Shown here piece after piece: positions 11,481 to 22,988 of a stretch of 64,000 bases of DNA. This DNA comes from Mytilus californianus (Eukaryota), in NCBI RefSeq assembly GCF_021869535.1, contig NW_026262696.1, positions 1,612,001-1,676,000 of the forward strand, in the 5' to 3' direction. The first letter of the stretch is position 1. Each line of letters begins with the position of its first letter. The translations under genes and the position numbers were made by a program. Under the pieces are notes generated by a model that saw only the letters and a list, made by a program, of their open reading frames with translations, did not search any database and was not told the origin of the DNA.

Positions 11481-12668
11481 CAGAATTTTTATCTAAGGTT
11501 CCCATTTCGATAGAACTCATTGCGAAATGAACTAGTTTGTAGTCATTTTTCATTGAACATGGAGAATAGTAGTGCAAAGCTCAAAATATCAAAAGTTATG
11601 ATATAACTGCAAAATAGTATAGATTGTGTAGAAGATTTTGGAGTAGATCTCTAGAATTTTTAAGAATCCACATTCTGATTGACACCGCTGGATGAATATA
11701 CTTCATCATACTATTTCTGAAGGCCATCTTTAGTATGTTCAATTGTACTCTCATCTTTAGGGGCAGATCCAGGTATTTTCAAAGGCATAGGGGTGAAATT
11801 CCATAAAAAAAGTTTGACGATTTTAGGATTAAACTTTATATATATTTAAATCAAAAGGAGGCATACGCCCTCGTTGCCCCTCACCCTTGAATCCGCCACT
11901 GACCTACAGCATAGTTGATCAATAAACAACTGTATATACACTTTGTTGTTTCAAATTATGAAAAAGAAAGTACGTCTCTTTCCCTAGAACACTTTATGAT
12001 GTTATGTGTACAATTTAAGTCTTAAATCAGTGTTTCAAAGTCATACAAGACAAAAAAATGTAATTTCTTTAAATATCCAAATACTAGTAGCTGAAACCTG
12101 ATTTGGATTATTGTTACGATTCTTTAGATATAAATTCCTTTTTAAGTTGCCTATAATTGCTTACGTCCACTTCATTTGAACTTTGGTGGATAGTTGTTTC
12201 ATTGGCAATCATACCACATCTCCTTATTTTTATATCAATAACCCTTTCATTTATGATTTGTCATACACCGATTAAAAAGTACATCAAACGGAACTAAGAC
12301 TGTAGGAGATTTCAGTTATACGCCAATAAGACAGCAATCAAACGACAAAAACAACCAAAGCACATCTAGAGGGCAACATATATTTAGTAGTGTTCAACAA
12401 AAGACTGATTTCTTAACAATTTGTCAAGTTCTAAATCGTTTATGTCGGTTCAAAAGCTCACTCAGAGCTTATGCTGCATTGTTATTTATCTTGCCGACTT
12501 AAAAGAAAACTTATTTGATTTGATTTGTTCTTCACAAATTTATGTAAAAAAAGATTATGAAAGATCTGCAATTAAAACACAATTATCCAAATACTGTAAC
12601 AATTTAGTTTAACAAACAATTTGCCTCAGTCTGATATAAAATAGTTGAAAGATAAATGTTTCTTTATT

Positions 12669-12670
<2 letters not shown>

Positions 12671-12704
<34 letters not shown>
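12671..12704. repeat. (AT)17 microsatellite
   Basis: Direct reading. Confidence 0.95.
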
Positions 12705-12710
<6 letters not shown>

Positions 12711-13278
12711 TTCCCTCATTTTAGCGACGCTTTTTATACGCATCATATTCAATCACAAAACAAAATTTACATAGATGCGATTCAAATGAAAGAACGAAAA
12801 TGAGAAAAACAAAAAAAATCACACTAATGTGAAATTTAAATCAATAAACATTTTAATAGTAACTTTGAATCCTATAGATGCAGTGTCGAGGGATTTGATG
12901 CATTACGTTATTTGACATTGATTGCTTCGTCGTCTTCCTCCCATTCTTCTTCTCATTCATTACAGTTAAATATATACTTTTTAAATGTTCTATTGACAAG
13001 TACATGTAAACATTTGTACGATTTATCTTTCCGTGTTCTTATGCATAACAGACTGAGCTTTTTATTCTGGGTTGGTTTAATTTTGCCATACATTCTTATT
13101 TTATTAATGATGCATGCTGTTTCCCAAGAAAATTTTGTTCTGAAAGTAGAAATCCAAATGATATTTACGCATGATAATGTATGAAAATACGGGGAATTGT
13201 ACCACAAGTAATGCAATTCCGCTAAGAAGCCCATTCGTTTTTAAATGGTCACCGAAAAATGTCGCTAGCAAAATAGAA

Positions 13279-14280
13279 TAAACAGCTGCGCCATGAGCGC
13301 ATGATACGCCCGTCGTCTTGTTATGAATTTTTATGCAATAAGCATAAATAGTTTCTGACATACGGCGTGACATGCGAAAACCCCCTTTTTTTTACAAAAA
13401 ACTCAATATCTCTAAAATAATCTCTAAAATATAATTTTGAATCAAAACCAAAAAGTATACAGATCTTTAGATTAATATAACTAAAAAGTGTGTGTAAAAT
13501 TTTAAGCAATAATCATAAATCATTTTTGAGATACGGCGCGACATGTGAAAACCCCCCTTTTAAAAAAAAATCAATATCTCAAAAATAAAATTTTGAATCA
13601 AAACCAAAAAGTATACAGATCTTTAGATCAATATAACTAAGAAATGTGTAAAATTTTAAGCAATAATCATAAATCGTTTTTGAGATACGGCGCGACATGT
13701 GAAAAACCCCTCCCCCTTTTTTTACAAAATACTCAATAACTCAAAAATAAAATTTTGAATCATCACCAAAAAGTATACAGATCTTAAGGTTAATATAACT
13801 AAGAAGTGTGTAAAGTTTTAAGCAATAATCATAAACTGTTTTTGAGATACGGCGCGACATGTGAAAAACCCCTCCCCCTTTTTTAACAAAATACTCAATA
13901 TCTCTAGAATAAAATTTTGAATCATCACCAAAAAGTATACAGATCTTAAGATTAATATAACTAAGAAGTGTGTAAAGTTTTAAGCAATAATCATAAATTG
14001 TTTTTGAGATATGGCGCGACATGTGAAAAAAAAACACACATTGTGTTTTAGTTACTAAGTCCCGTAACTCAAAAAGTTTTAATCTTATTTTCACCAAAAA
14101 GTATACAGATTGTTTGACCATCATAAGAAACAACTATGTTAAGTTTCATGAAATTTGGATAAGTCATTCTCAAGTTACGGTGCGACATGTTTACGCCGGA
14201 CAGACAGACGGACAGACGGACGGACACCGGACATTTGTATACCATAATACGTCCCGTCAAAAATTGACGGGCGTATAAAA
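13279..14280 (+). mobile_element. HINE/pearl-like non-autonomous element carrying about 5 copies of a roughly 163-bp satellite unit
   Basis: Subterminal inverted repeat atacgcccgtc (13304-13314) / gacgggcgtat (14266-14276). 3-prime hairpin cccgtcaa-aaa-ttgacggg. (GACA/GACG)n microsatellite at about 14199-14226. Unit anchor tacggcgcgacatg at about 13361, 13532, 13686, 13848, 14010 and 14176. Confidence 0.8.
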
Positions 14281-14883
14281 AGGAACTTTATTAGAAAAAG
14301 AATACCGATAGCATTTAGCGAAAAAAAGCACCGTACAAGCAGACGTATAAACTCAGACAGAAAATGGTTTGTTGGCATGGAATGAAAAAAGAAGAGTAGT
14401 TGAACTTTACTATTTTGACCGAACAACTTGATTTATGTTTCAAGTGTAAACAGTCTTTGAAGCTTATTCGACTGTACAGAAAAATCCTATTTGGTTTCGG
14501 AAGCTTGTTTAAAATAAACTACTAGCATTGTAATCTTATAAGCACAGTCTAAACAGGGCAGCTACATCGGAATAAGGATAAAGCTAGCAAAGGCTTAAAC
14601 ATATGGGATGTCAACACTAAATGTGCACTCGATTAGGACGAAATAAAATAAAATCGTTCAGATCCCGTTACATTTTTTTCTATGAATTCCATTCTGAAAT
14701 AAATTATTTTCTCGAAATTTACAATCAAGCGATTAATGAAAAACCTGCGGTCCTACAATAAATGAATGATCGATGCTTCGATGAAGGTAAATCCAAAAAA
14801 GCGCTTTGAACGCAAACATGTTATTAAAAGATATTTTCATTAACCTATTTTATTCAAACGGCAAAACAAACTGATTAAAAGAA

Positions 14884-15427
14884 AAGAGTTCCAATGCCCC
14901 CCCCCCCCCCCTTCCCGCGTTGTACATATTATATCTCTCAATGGCCTTTATAACTTTAAAAAAAATTGCTTGTTCTTTGATTTTTTTTATAAATATCGTT
15001 AATAGAGAAATGCAGGCTTGAGAGCAAACGATATAATTAATATTTCCAAGGGGCATAACTCTTTTAAAAATATTTGATCGGCACTGACTTTCGAAGTTAT
15101 CCAAGACAATGCTGATATAAAACTTCAATATAAATTATTTAAAGATCTGGCAAAAAATGTACACTTGAGAGGGCTTACAAATGCAATTTTCCATATAATT
15201 AATATTTCCAAGGGACATAACTCTTTTAAAAATATTTGATCGGTACTGATTTTCAAGGCTGTCAGCGACGATGCTGATATAAACCTAATTTATAAGCTTT
15301 ATAAAAATCTGGCAAGAATTGTACACGTGAGAGAGCTAAAAAGACCGGACGAACAAACGGACAGACGGAAGGACGAACGCCCGGTATTTTTATGTTCCAC
15401 GCAACGTATCGCGCGGGGGACAAAAAG
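14884..15427 (+). mobile_element. HINE/pearl-like element, family 2
   Basis: About two internal 155-bp units (atatttccaaggg.cataactc), a GACG/GACA microsatellite and a cgcgggggacaaaaag end. Same architecture as 32432-33058. Confidence 0.7.
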
Positions 15428-16484
15428 CCAACGAGATTTTAAAATCATTTTGATTTTAGATTCATATTATTTGCACTTAGGTCTTCGGGGATGAGTCAGT
15501 TTTTTTGGTGTTTTGAGTTGGACATGATGTACAGGTGCAGCTGACAAAAAACGCACCTTTTTACAAAGTGGGGAGACAAAACAACTCACAGACGATTAGC
15601 AAAGGTGCCCTTTTTTTTTGGGGGGGGGGGGGGGGAGTTATTGGGCATATTGCTCACCAAATGTGTCTTTTAGACACAACTATTTTAAATTGTATTGAAA
15701 ATGCATGAAATATTTGCCACCGGACGTTAAGCAAACCACCAATCAATCAATTCAAATTGTACCTCAACATCACTGTTTACCGAATCAAATTTTTGAAGCA
15801 CTTTATTTTATTCATGCATGGATACATCGGTGACATCATCTTTGTTTAGTTTGGTAGGGTTAAGTTGACGATTCAGTTTTGAAAAGCTTAAAGTGCACCC
15901 AGTTAAGACGAACGTCAGTCGAACGTCACACGTTTTCTGTCAAATTCTAAGCGTATCGGTCAACTTTGAAGCAATTTATCTAAAAAACAAGGATGGTGAC
16001 ATATGTATTTCTATACATGCATGGATTCAGTATACAATCCTGGATATTATGTTAGTTTTTAGTCTTTCTCCGTTTATAAGAACATAGCCATCCATTGAAA
16101 AATCTAAAAAAAATAAGTGAAAAAAAGACATTTTCCCTATATAACTAGGTAAAATTGTCGCCAAAATTGACCTTTCTTATAAAAATAAAAAAAAAAAAAA
16201 CAAAAATAGTGACCCCCATTTTTTATTTCATATTCCGATATAACTCAATTCAAAGTACCATGCAGTGTGCCAAAAAATTTAGAAATCGGGAGATATGCCA
16301 TTCGGTATTGTGTTACCTTAATACAGTTATTGACCAATCAAATCTGTATATATCATTTAATTTGAACGGTCGGGATGACCCATTAACCCAAACTCCTACG
16401 TCGTTCGGGTCAAGTACGGTCACCAGATCGGTGCAGATTAAATGATATATACTGACTTACTTGGTCAATAACTACGACTCAATC

Positions 16485-16733
16485 GACATTAGAAAATCAG
16501 TATTATGCGTTTAATTGACATTAATAAATCGGTACATGTATTATGCGTTTAATTGACATTAGAAAATCGGTATTATACGTGTAATTGACATTAGTAAATC
16601 GGTACATGTATTATGCGTTTAATTGACATTAGAAAATCGGTATTATGCGTTTAATTGACATTAAAAAATCGGTACATGTATTATGCGTTTGATTGACATT
16701 AGAAAATCGGTATTATGCGTTTAAATGACATTA
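16485..16733 (+). repeat. Minisatellite of alternating 32- and 38-bp units (70-bp higher-order repeat, about 3.5 copies)
   Basis: gacattagaaaatcggtattatgcgtttaatt alternates with a copy carrying an extra 6 bp (TA becomes TACATGTA). Confidence 0.9.
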
Positions 16734-17071
16734 ACATGCATTCCGTCAAAAGTATTGTAGACGGGTATCACCTTCCTATATATATATATAAATTACATCA
16801 GGTTTTTACTAATTTATTCGAGGTCCAAATATTTGTTCTGGTCATTTGTGAAAATGAGATGGTGTGTTTGAGTAACAACAAGCGGTTTTAAATTTGCTGT
16901 AGTAACTCGCTACAGTTGAAAGGTTTTTAAAGGGTACTTGAGTACTTAATTACTCCGACTATAAACCTTTATATCAACCTTTGTACCCTACGGATTCTTA
17001 GAGAAAACCAATTAAACAAAAGGAAACAAAATAAGCAAGCATGCGCAATAAACAAAATTTTGTAAAAGATC

Positions 17072-17077
17072 TTTATT
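17072..17077 (-). terminator. Candidate AATAAA for the minus-strand collagen gene
   Basis: About 93 nt downstream of the stop of the candidate terminal exon. Confidence 0.35.
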
Positions 17078-17169
17078 CCTAAAAGTATTCATGACATTTA
17101 CAGTTTATACCATATACAATTTAATACATTTTGTTTGTTCCTTATTCTGTTTGGTCAAAGTATCGATCT

Positions 17170-17376
17170 TTATTTCTTTCCTCTATACCGAGTACGTAAC
17201 TTTCTTGACGAGTACCAGCGTCTGCGCGTTTTTCTGTATCGGCTGTGTTTTGATGGTGACGAGGGTCTGTGCGTTTTTCTATATCGGCTGTGTTTTGATG
17301 GGGAACTCGTCTTGGCTGTAATCTTTTTGATAGCATTGTAGATCTGGTTCTGGATTCCAGCGTAATTCTTTACAGT
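17170..17376 (-). CDS. Candidate terminal exon of the collagen gene: TVKNYAGIQNQIYNAIKKIT followed by a K/R/S/Y/H-rich tail
   Basis: Strong acceptor ttcttcctcttttgcAG, open phase-0 frame to TAA, internal 45-nt duplication (SSPSKHSRYRKT twice), downstream AATAAA. Linkage to the collagen exons is inferred. Confidence 0.45.
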   Translation of the reverse strand, partial: TVKNYAGIQNQIYNAIKKITAKTSSPSKHSRYRKTHRPSSPSKHSRYRKTRRRWYSSRKLRTRYRGKK

Positions 17377-17787
17377 CTGCAAAAGAGGAAGAATATTATA
17401 GAATAAATAATCAAACTCAGACTGCTAAAAATAGGAAAATAAATGATACATCTTTGCTTGCAAAAAATAAAAGTACCTAGAATAAATGATAGTTTCTAGT
17501 CTGCGATCAAATGAGAACAATGTAGATTAAATTATAGATATTGGTCTTCTAAAAAAGGAGAATATATAAGATACATGATGGATCTTAAAAGGAAGGAATG
17601 GATATAGTGCATTAGATCATGACAAACTGACTATCCCCATGTCAAAGGAAGACCGCTTTTGTTACTGTTCTTAAATAGTCAGAGTTATGTCGTCAAAACG
17701 GCAAAAGTGTTAAAAGTTTACTACAGAACAGCCCGTAGCACCAATTAAACAGAACTATTTGCTAGATTTTATTTTTGCTACGTCTGC

Positions 17788-17990
17788 GCACTGCAAAACA
17801 CATATGTTGGGTGATTGCACTGCAAAACACATATGCTGGGTGATTGCACTGAAAAACACATATGTTGGGTGATTGCACTGCAAAAATTTATGCTGGGTGA
17901 TTGCAAGTTGCAAAACACTTATTCTGGGTGATTGCACTGCAAAACACTTATGCTGGGTAATTGAAATGCAGAACAAATATTCTGGGTAAA
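17788..17990 (+). repeat. 29-bp minisatellite (ctgcaaaacacatatgttgggtgattgca), about 6.5 copies
   Basis: Direct reading. Confidence 0.85.
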
Positions 17991-18067
17991 ATAAATGGGC
18001 AAAGAAATGAACAAAACACTATCATTGATTGCTGAGACTCTCATACTTAACATACAAGACCATAAAC

Positions 18068-19746
18068 ACGTTGCGCACGATGTTGGTACTATACTTAGCG
18101 TTACACGACGTTCCTCATAATGAAGCAATTTCACGATTTTAAAGAACGTTTCACTAAAGCGTTCAAGCTTATAATTGATGAGGTCAATTTACTGTTGTGA
18201 ATTTGGTAACCGATTTCGGTTTGTCTGAAAATGCATAGTTTAACAAATAAAACTCAAAGTGGTCGTACACATCTTTTTTTTTTAATGAATATTCATTTAT
18301 AGGAGTTGTCAGTCTTTCCAGGCCATAATTGATAATTTTACTTTTGGCAGCAGTTCGCATTAATGAATCATACATTAATTTCCAAATTTATACAGATTTC
18401 TTTTTAATATAAATTAGATTTTGAACTTATTTTCCCTTTTTATTGCATGTTTATACATACTCCTTGTGTTGCATTGCTTTCCGTTTCCGTTTCCGTTCTA
18501 TATTTTATTATTTCCCGATGCTTTCTTTGTCGCAACATTTCTAGGTAGATAAACATTTTGGATTCATGTTTTTCTCATTTCCGTATTTTTGTGGCATTAT
18601 GCATATCCTTTGTTTTGTTATAATTGCCAGCAATGGTTTTTCTCTATTTTATTTTATTAACAAAAAAATTATGCATGTCGCTTTTGATGATATAAAACTT
18701 GCAGATAGACAACGTTCCTTGAAAAAAAACCAATGTCATGAATGTGCTGGAAAAAAAAACTAAGATCCCGATATTTTTTATATCAATCTCATTTGGTCAA
18801 CATTTGAATTTAAACTTAAACTTTTCCTTTATCATACATTGGTTATAAAATTATTATAACTTGTATTTTTATTTTCATTCGAATTAAACTGGATACAAAT
18901 AATTATGATATAAAATTGAAAACCCGAGCATGACATCAATTACGTTTTGCGAACGTTGGGACAAAACGGCTATACTTTTTGAAACGATCTAAAAATCTTG
19001 TTGCCTATCGAAAAAATGTTAAACACTATATTGTTTAAAAAGAAAAAGAAAAAAAAACTTTTACCGCCTAGTTTTATTTTCTGTGATCTAACTATGCTTA
19101 TTTAATATACAGCCGGTAAAAACCTCAATTGTAAAGAAAATACAGCGTTTTTTTCGTTGGGACAAGATGGCTATACTTTTTGAAGTCATTGCAATAGAAA
19201 CTATACGCATGGTTTCGGCAAAAAAATATCATGAACCAGGAGAAAAATAAAAAAACTTTCAAAATATCATAAATATTTTTCCTCTCAGCTTTTCCAATTA
19301 CACGGTATAAATGCGCAAACCCGATATATGCTTACCTTGCATATGCTTGGACATTTTTCAGACCGTTTTCAAAAATAACATTTTCCGGTTTATGGTTTCA
19401 GTGATATTGATTTTGCTTTAACAAGCAATTAACAATAACAATAGCAATACTCTTGTGAAGTTTTACGATGATCAGAAAAAAAAATACCGTAGGAAAGAAA
19501 CGGAACTCCGATCTTTTGCACACAAAATGTAACGTTGGACATTACGTTTTTGCGTAAAAATAGGATAATTAAGTGTTATAATTCTTGATATTTTAAATTT
19601 CGGTTCCTTTTTTTCTTAATTTTCAAGTCTAATGTAATAAATTCAACCAGAAATCACTATATTTTTATCGAACTGACCAGTCTACGTATTTATTTTCATG
19701 CTAATCTATAGCAAAATGGAATTCGTACCAACATTGTGCGCAACGT
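18068..19746. mobile_element. Putative decayed DNA transposon bounded by a 22-bp inverted repeat
   Basis: acgttgcgcacgatgttggtac (18068-18089) vs gtaccaacattgtgcgcaacgt (19725-19746), 21/22 match; no clear TSD. Confidence 0.45.
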
Positions 19747-20864
19747 CAAAACAAACAATAGATTCGGGTACAGATTAAGACAGCAATGACCCCCCCCCCC
19801 CCCACACACACACACACACCCACCCTTCACCCCCTAGTTGATCAATAAAAAAATGTTTGGCATTATATTGAAGAAAACATGTTTGATTCGCTACGCCGGT
19901 GCTATCTTTACCATTGCTGACAATTACGTCCCCCTGTCTGGAATCCTAGGTCCGCATAAGACCATACATATCATAGATAACTTGGTAAGGAATATTGCAT
20001 GAAAACGGCAACCAATTTCGTTAACACTACATTTCAATTTCCAAAGGCAAACAGAACGGAAGAGAAAGACTAGAGTAAACTAGATAGAGGTTAACTGTAA
20101 AAATATAAGAGCATCATATTTTCTTGATACGATTTAAAACATTGACCTTTGGTCTGTATAATAACCAGGAAAACTACAGTAAGTCATGACAGACATATGA
20201 ACTAAAAGCAGTCCAATATTATAGCCCTAGCCAATATAGGCATGACTATACCATGGTTTTGCAAGACATTTTCTATCTATAGTACATGTAACGGTAAGGA
20301 TGTTGAATGAACGGCAAAACATATCCACCATGAATATTTTAATAATTGACATAAAGAAATAAAAAGCCAGGTTTGGTTCCAATCACTGGTTTCAGAGGAT
20401 AACAGTTTGTGGGAGGATAATGATAAAGAACGCTAAAAGTTACCATTTAATTTCATCGATTTTGTCCAGATGACTTTATATTCCACGAGAATAACTGCAG
20501 CTCTTTTTCAGAGAAATATAACTTTAACAAAATAAAAATAAAGAACTGTCAGGAAATTGCCAATGAGGCAAAACACATATCCCCCCAGAAACTAAAAGAC
20601 GAGGATTAAACAATTACAGGTCAGACCTCAACAACGAGGAAACACCATACTGTATCGTAAGCTATAAAAAGCCCCGACATGACAAAATCTGAAACATTTC
20701 AAAATAGAAAACCAATAACAAGATTTACGATAAAAAACAATAAAACGGAAAAAACAGGACAGACAGCAACAGGCTCTTGACCTGGGACAGGTACATACAA
20801 AATAGGCCTGGGTAAAACATGTTTGCAAGCGCTAAAATCTCCTGTAACCTTGGCATAACAAAGT

Positions 20865-21105
20865 TGCATAATAGAGAGGCGAAAGATACCCAATGGACAT
20901 TCAAATTATAAGTCGAAAATAAACTGACAACGCCGTTCCTACAAAAGAAAAAGACCAACAAACAAACAATAGTACACAAAACACAACATAGAAAACTAAA
21001 GACTGAGCAACACGAACCCCACCAAAAACTGGGGTGATCTCAGGTGCTCCGGAAAGGTAAGCAGATCCTGCTCCACATGTGGCATCCGTCGTGTTGCTCA
21101 TGTTA
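20865..21105 (+). repeat. Interspersed repeat family B (gagaggcgaaagatacc...tgctccggaaaggtaagcagatcctgctccacatgtggc)
   Basis: Homologous copies at 21625-21830 (-) and 21958-22200 (+). Confidence 0.8.
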
Positions 21106-21418
21106 GTATACTTCTTTTTTCATGTGGTATTACGATCACGTGATTCAAATGGTATTCCATGTACCTGAAGCCTTGTTTCTATTTTCAAGTATATGGACGC
21201 TATTTTTCTATTTATATATATACTGTCGGTCAAAATTAAAAATCTTAAAAAATACAATGTAAAATACACAGAAAGAACATTGAATATAAAAATAAGGAGA
21301 TGTGGTATGATTGCCAATGAGACAACTATCCGCCAAAGTGCAAATGTAGTGGAAGTCCATTTCCATATTACACTATTTATATAATTTATGGAATATATAA
21401 ATTAAAGCCTTTCACTCA

Positions 21419-21515
21419 GTCAATACGTTATATATGAACCTGTTAGAACATATCGACACTCGGACTTCGTCCTCGGTCAATATAATCTGAATAGGTCCAT
21501 ATATAACGCATTGAC
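21419..21515. mobile_element. Small foldback MITE
   Basis: Arms of about 40 bp, gtcaatacgttatatatgaacct.. / ..aggtccatatataacgcattgac, around a short central cggacttcgtcc hairpin. Confidence 0.7.
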
Positions 21516-21624
21516 CTCGTCAAACGTCCATAAATGAAAAATATATAATAGGCTGATATGATTTAAGATCTCATATGTAGCTATAACAAACATTTGCAAA
21601 TCAATTGCATATATAGTAAGGTCA

Positions 21625-21830
21625 ACTACTGCTTACCCTTCCGGAGCACCTTAGATCACCCCCAGTTTTTGGTGGGGTTCGTGTTGCTCATTCGTAAGTT
21701 TTCTATGTTGTGTTTTGTGTACTATTATTTGTCTGTTGGTCTTTTTCCTTTTTTTAGCAATGTCGTTGTAAGTTTTTTTTTCGACTTATGAGTTTGAATG
21801 TACCTCTGGTATCTTTCGCCTCTCTTCTAC
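21625..21830 (-). repeat. Family B, inverted copy
   Basis: Reverse complement aligns with 20865-21065. Confidence 0.8.
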
Positions 21831-21957
21831 ATATGACGACAAACAATCGTTGATCCCGTAAAATTATCGTTTACAAATTGTCATTACTATCGAGAATCAG
21901 AAAAATATGGTAACGGTTTCATGACAACTGGTGTAAATATCTGTTTTAGATTCTGAA

Positions 21958-22200
21958 AAGAGATGCGAAAGTTACCAAAGGGATATTTAAACTCGTACTT
22001 CGAAAACAAGCTGACAATGCCATGGCAAAAACCGAAAAACAAGGACAAGATAAACTACAGTACACAATACACAACATAGAAAATTAAAGACTGAGCTACG
22101 CGAATCCCATAAAAACACGGGGGTATTTTACTGATCTCATGTGCTCCGGAAATGGTCAGTCGATTCTGCTACGCATGTTGCATCCGTGGGGTTGCTCATG
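21958..22200 (+). repeat. Family B, diverged copy
   Basis: Aligns along its length with 20865-21105. Confidence 0.7.
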
Positions 22201-22512
22201 AAAGTACAAAAAAGGCGTTCTTTTATTGAATTTGAGTTGAATGAAGTTTAAAGTAACTGATGGTATTCCACCAGATATTTAACTGAACGGATAATGTAAT
22301 CCTGTACAAATAATTATCCGATAAGGGATATGTTAACTTTCAAAGACTATATATATAAATTCTGTGCCAATCCTAATTCCATCATAGTGCCTCCGAAAAA
22401 GGTCTGCAAAGGACTGAAACCGGTCACGCTATGAACCATCATCAGGCGCAATTAACTATATGTTTTGGCATTTGATATTGAATGCGACAAACATTAATTT
22501 TTGTATACTTAC

Positions 22513-22577
22513 ACCAGCATTTACTTGGTAGGAACCGGGAGTTTTCTTAATGCCATATTTGGTTCCGTATGCTTTTT
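22513..22577 (-). CDS. Candidate post-collagen exon (E)KAYGTKYGIKKTPGSYQVNAG
   Basis: Acceptor ggatttttcttcAG and perfect donor GTAAGT. The 65-nt exon is open and runs phase 1 to phase 0, which exactly bridges C11 (ends phase 1) and the terminal exon (starts phase 0). Confidence 0.45.
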
Positions 22578-22988
22578 CTGAAGAAAAATCCATTATATCA
22601 ATATACATAAGCATGAGTGTACCTTATATAAATCTCGGCAAATCATCAAGTATTAACGGGCATACTATTTAAATTAAGTGTCTTAAAGCTTCTCTCCTGA
22701 CACAAATGACGATTTGCATAAACCTGGGACTATTATACTAACGTTAGTATAATAGTCCCAGCATAAACCGAGTTTGGTTTTTTTGTACTATTTCATGTGC
22801 TTTTACTGGTTTCTTGTTTGGCAAACTGGGAACCTGTCAGGTACAGCGCAATTATCTAGGTTTTCCCTGATCACTATTACGTAATAAAGGAACAACAGGT
22901 GCTCGAAATTCCTTAAATCCTATATCTAAGCAAAACAAAAATTGATCGATCGTGTCACCATCATAATAAAATGATTAAAAAATAAGTA

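Noticed and set aside
15885-16440. TTAA-flanked element with tgcacc termini
   Set aside because: Terminal match is only about 6 bp; insufficient.
16485-17990. Short regularly spaced repeats (also 41135-41445 and 63714-63899) as CRISPR arrays
   Set aside because: They are head-to-tail units without unique spacers, there are no cas genes, and the context is eukaryotic.
18193-18224. 32-nt phase 1-to-0 micro-exon candidate (DKPKSVTKFTT)
   Set aside because: It has good splice signals but lies inside the IR-bounded putative transposon and competes with the stronger 22513-22577 candidate; cannot be supported without transcripts.
7800-19830. Long homopolymer runs (poly-T at 7800, poly-C at 11187, 14897 and 19791, poly-G at 15617) as G-quadruplex elements
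   Set aside because: They are common simple runs in such assemblies, their lengths are unreliable, and there is no functional context.
20444-20500. Possible exon VILVEYKVIWTKSMKLN suggesting a SEA-like strand
   Set aside because: The acceptor lacks a pyrimidine tract, there is an in-frame stop just upstream, and no other convincing SEA segments were found.
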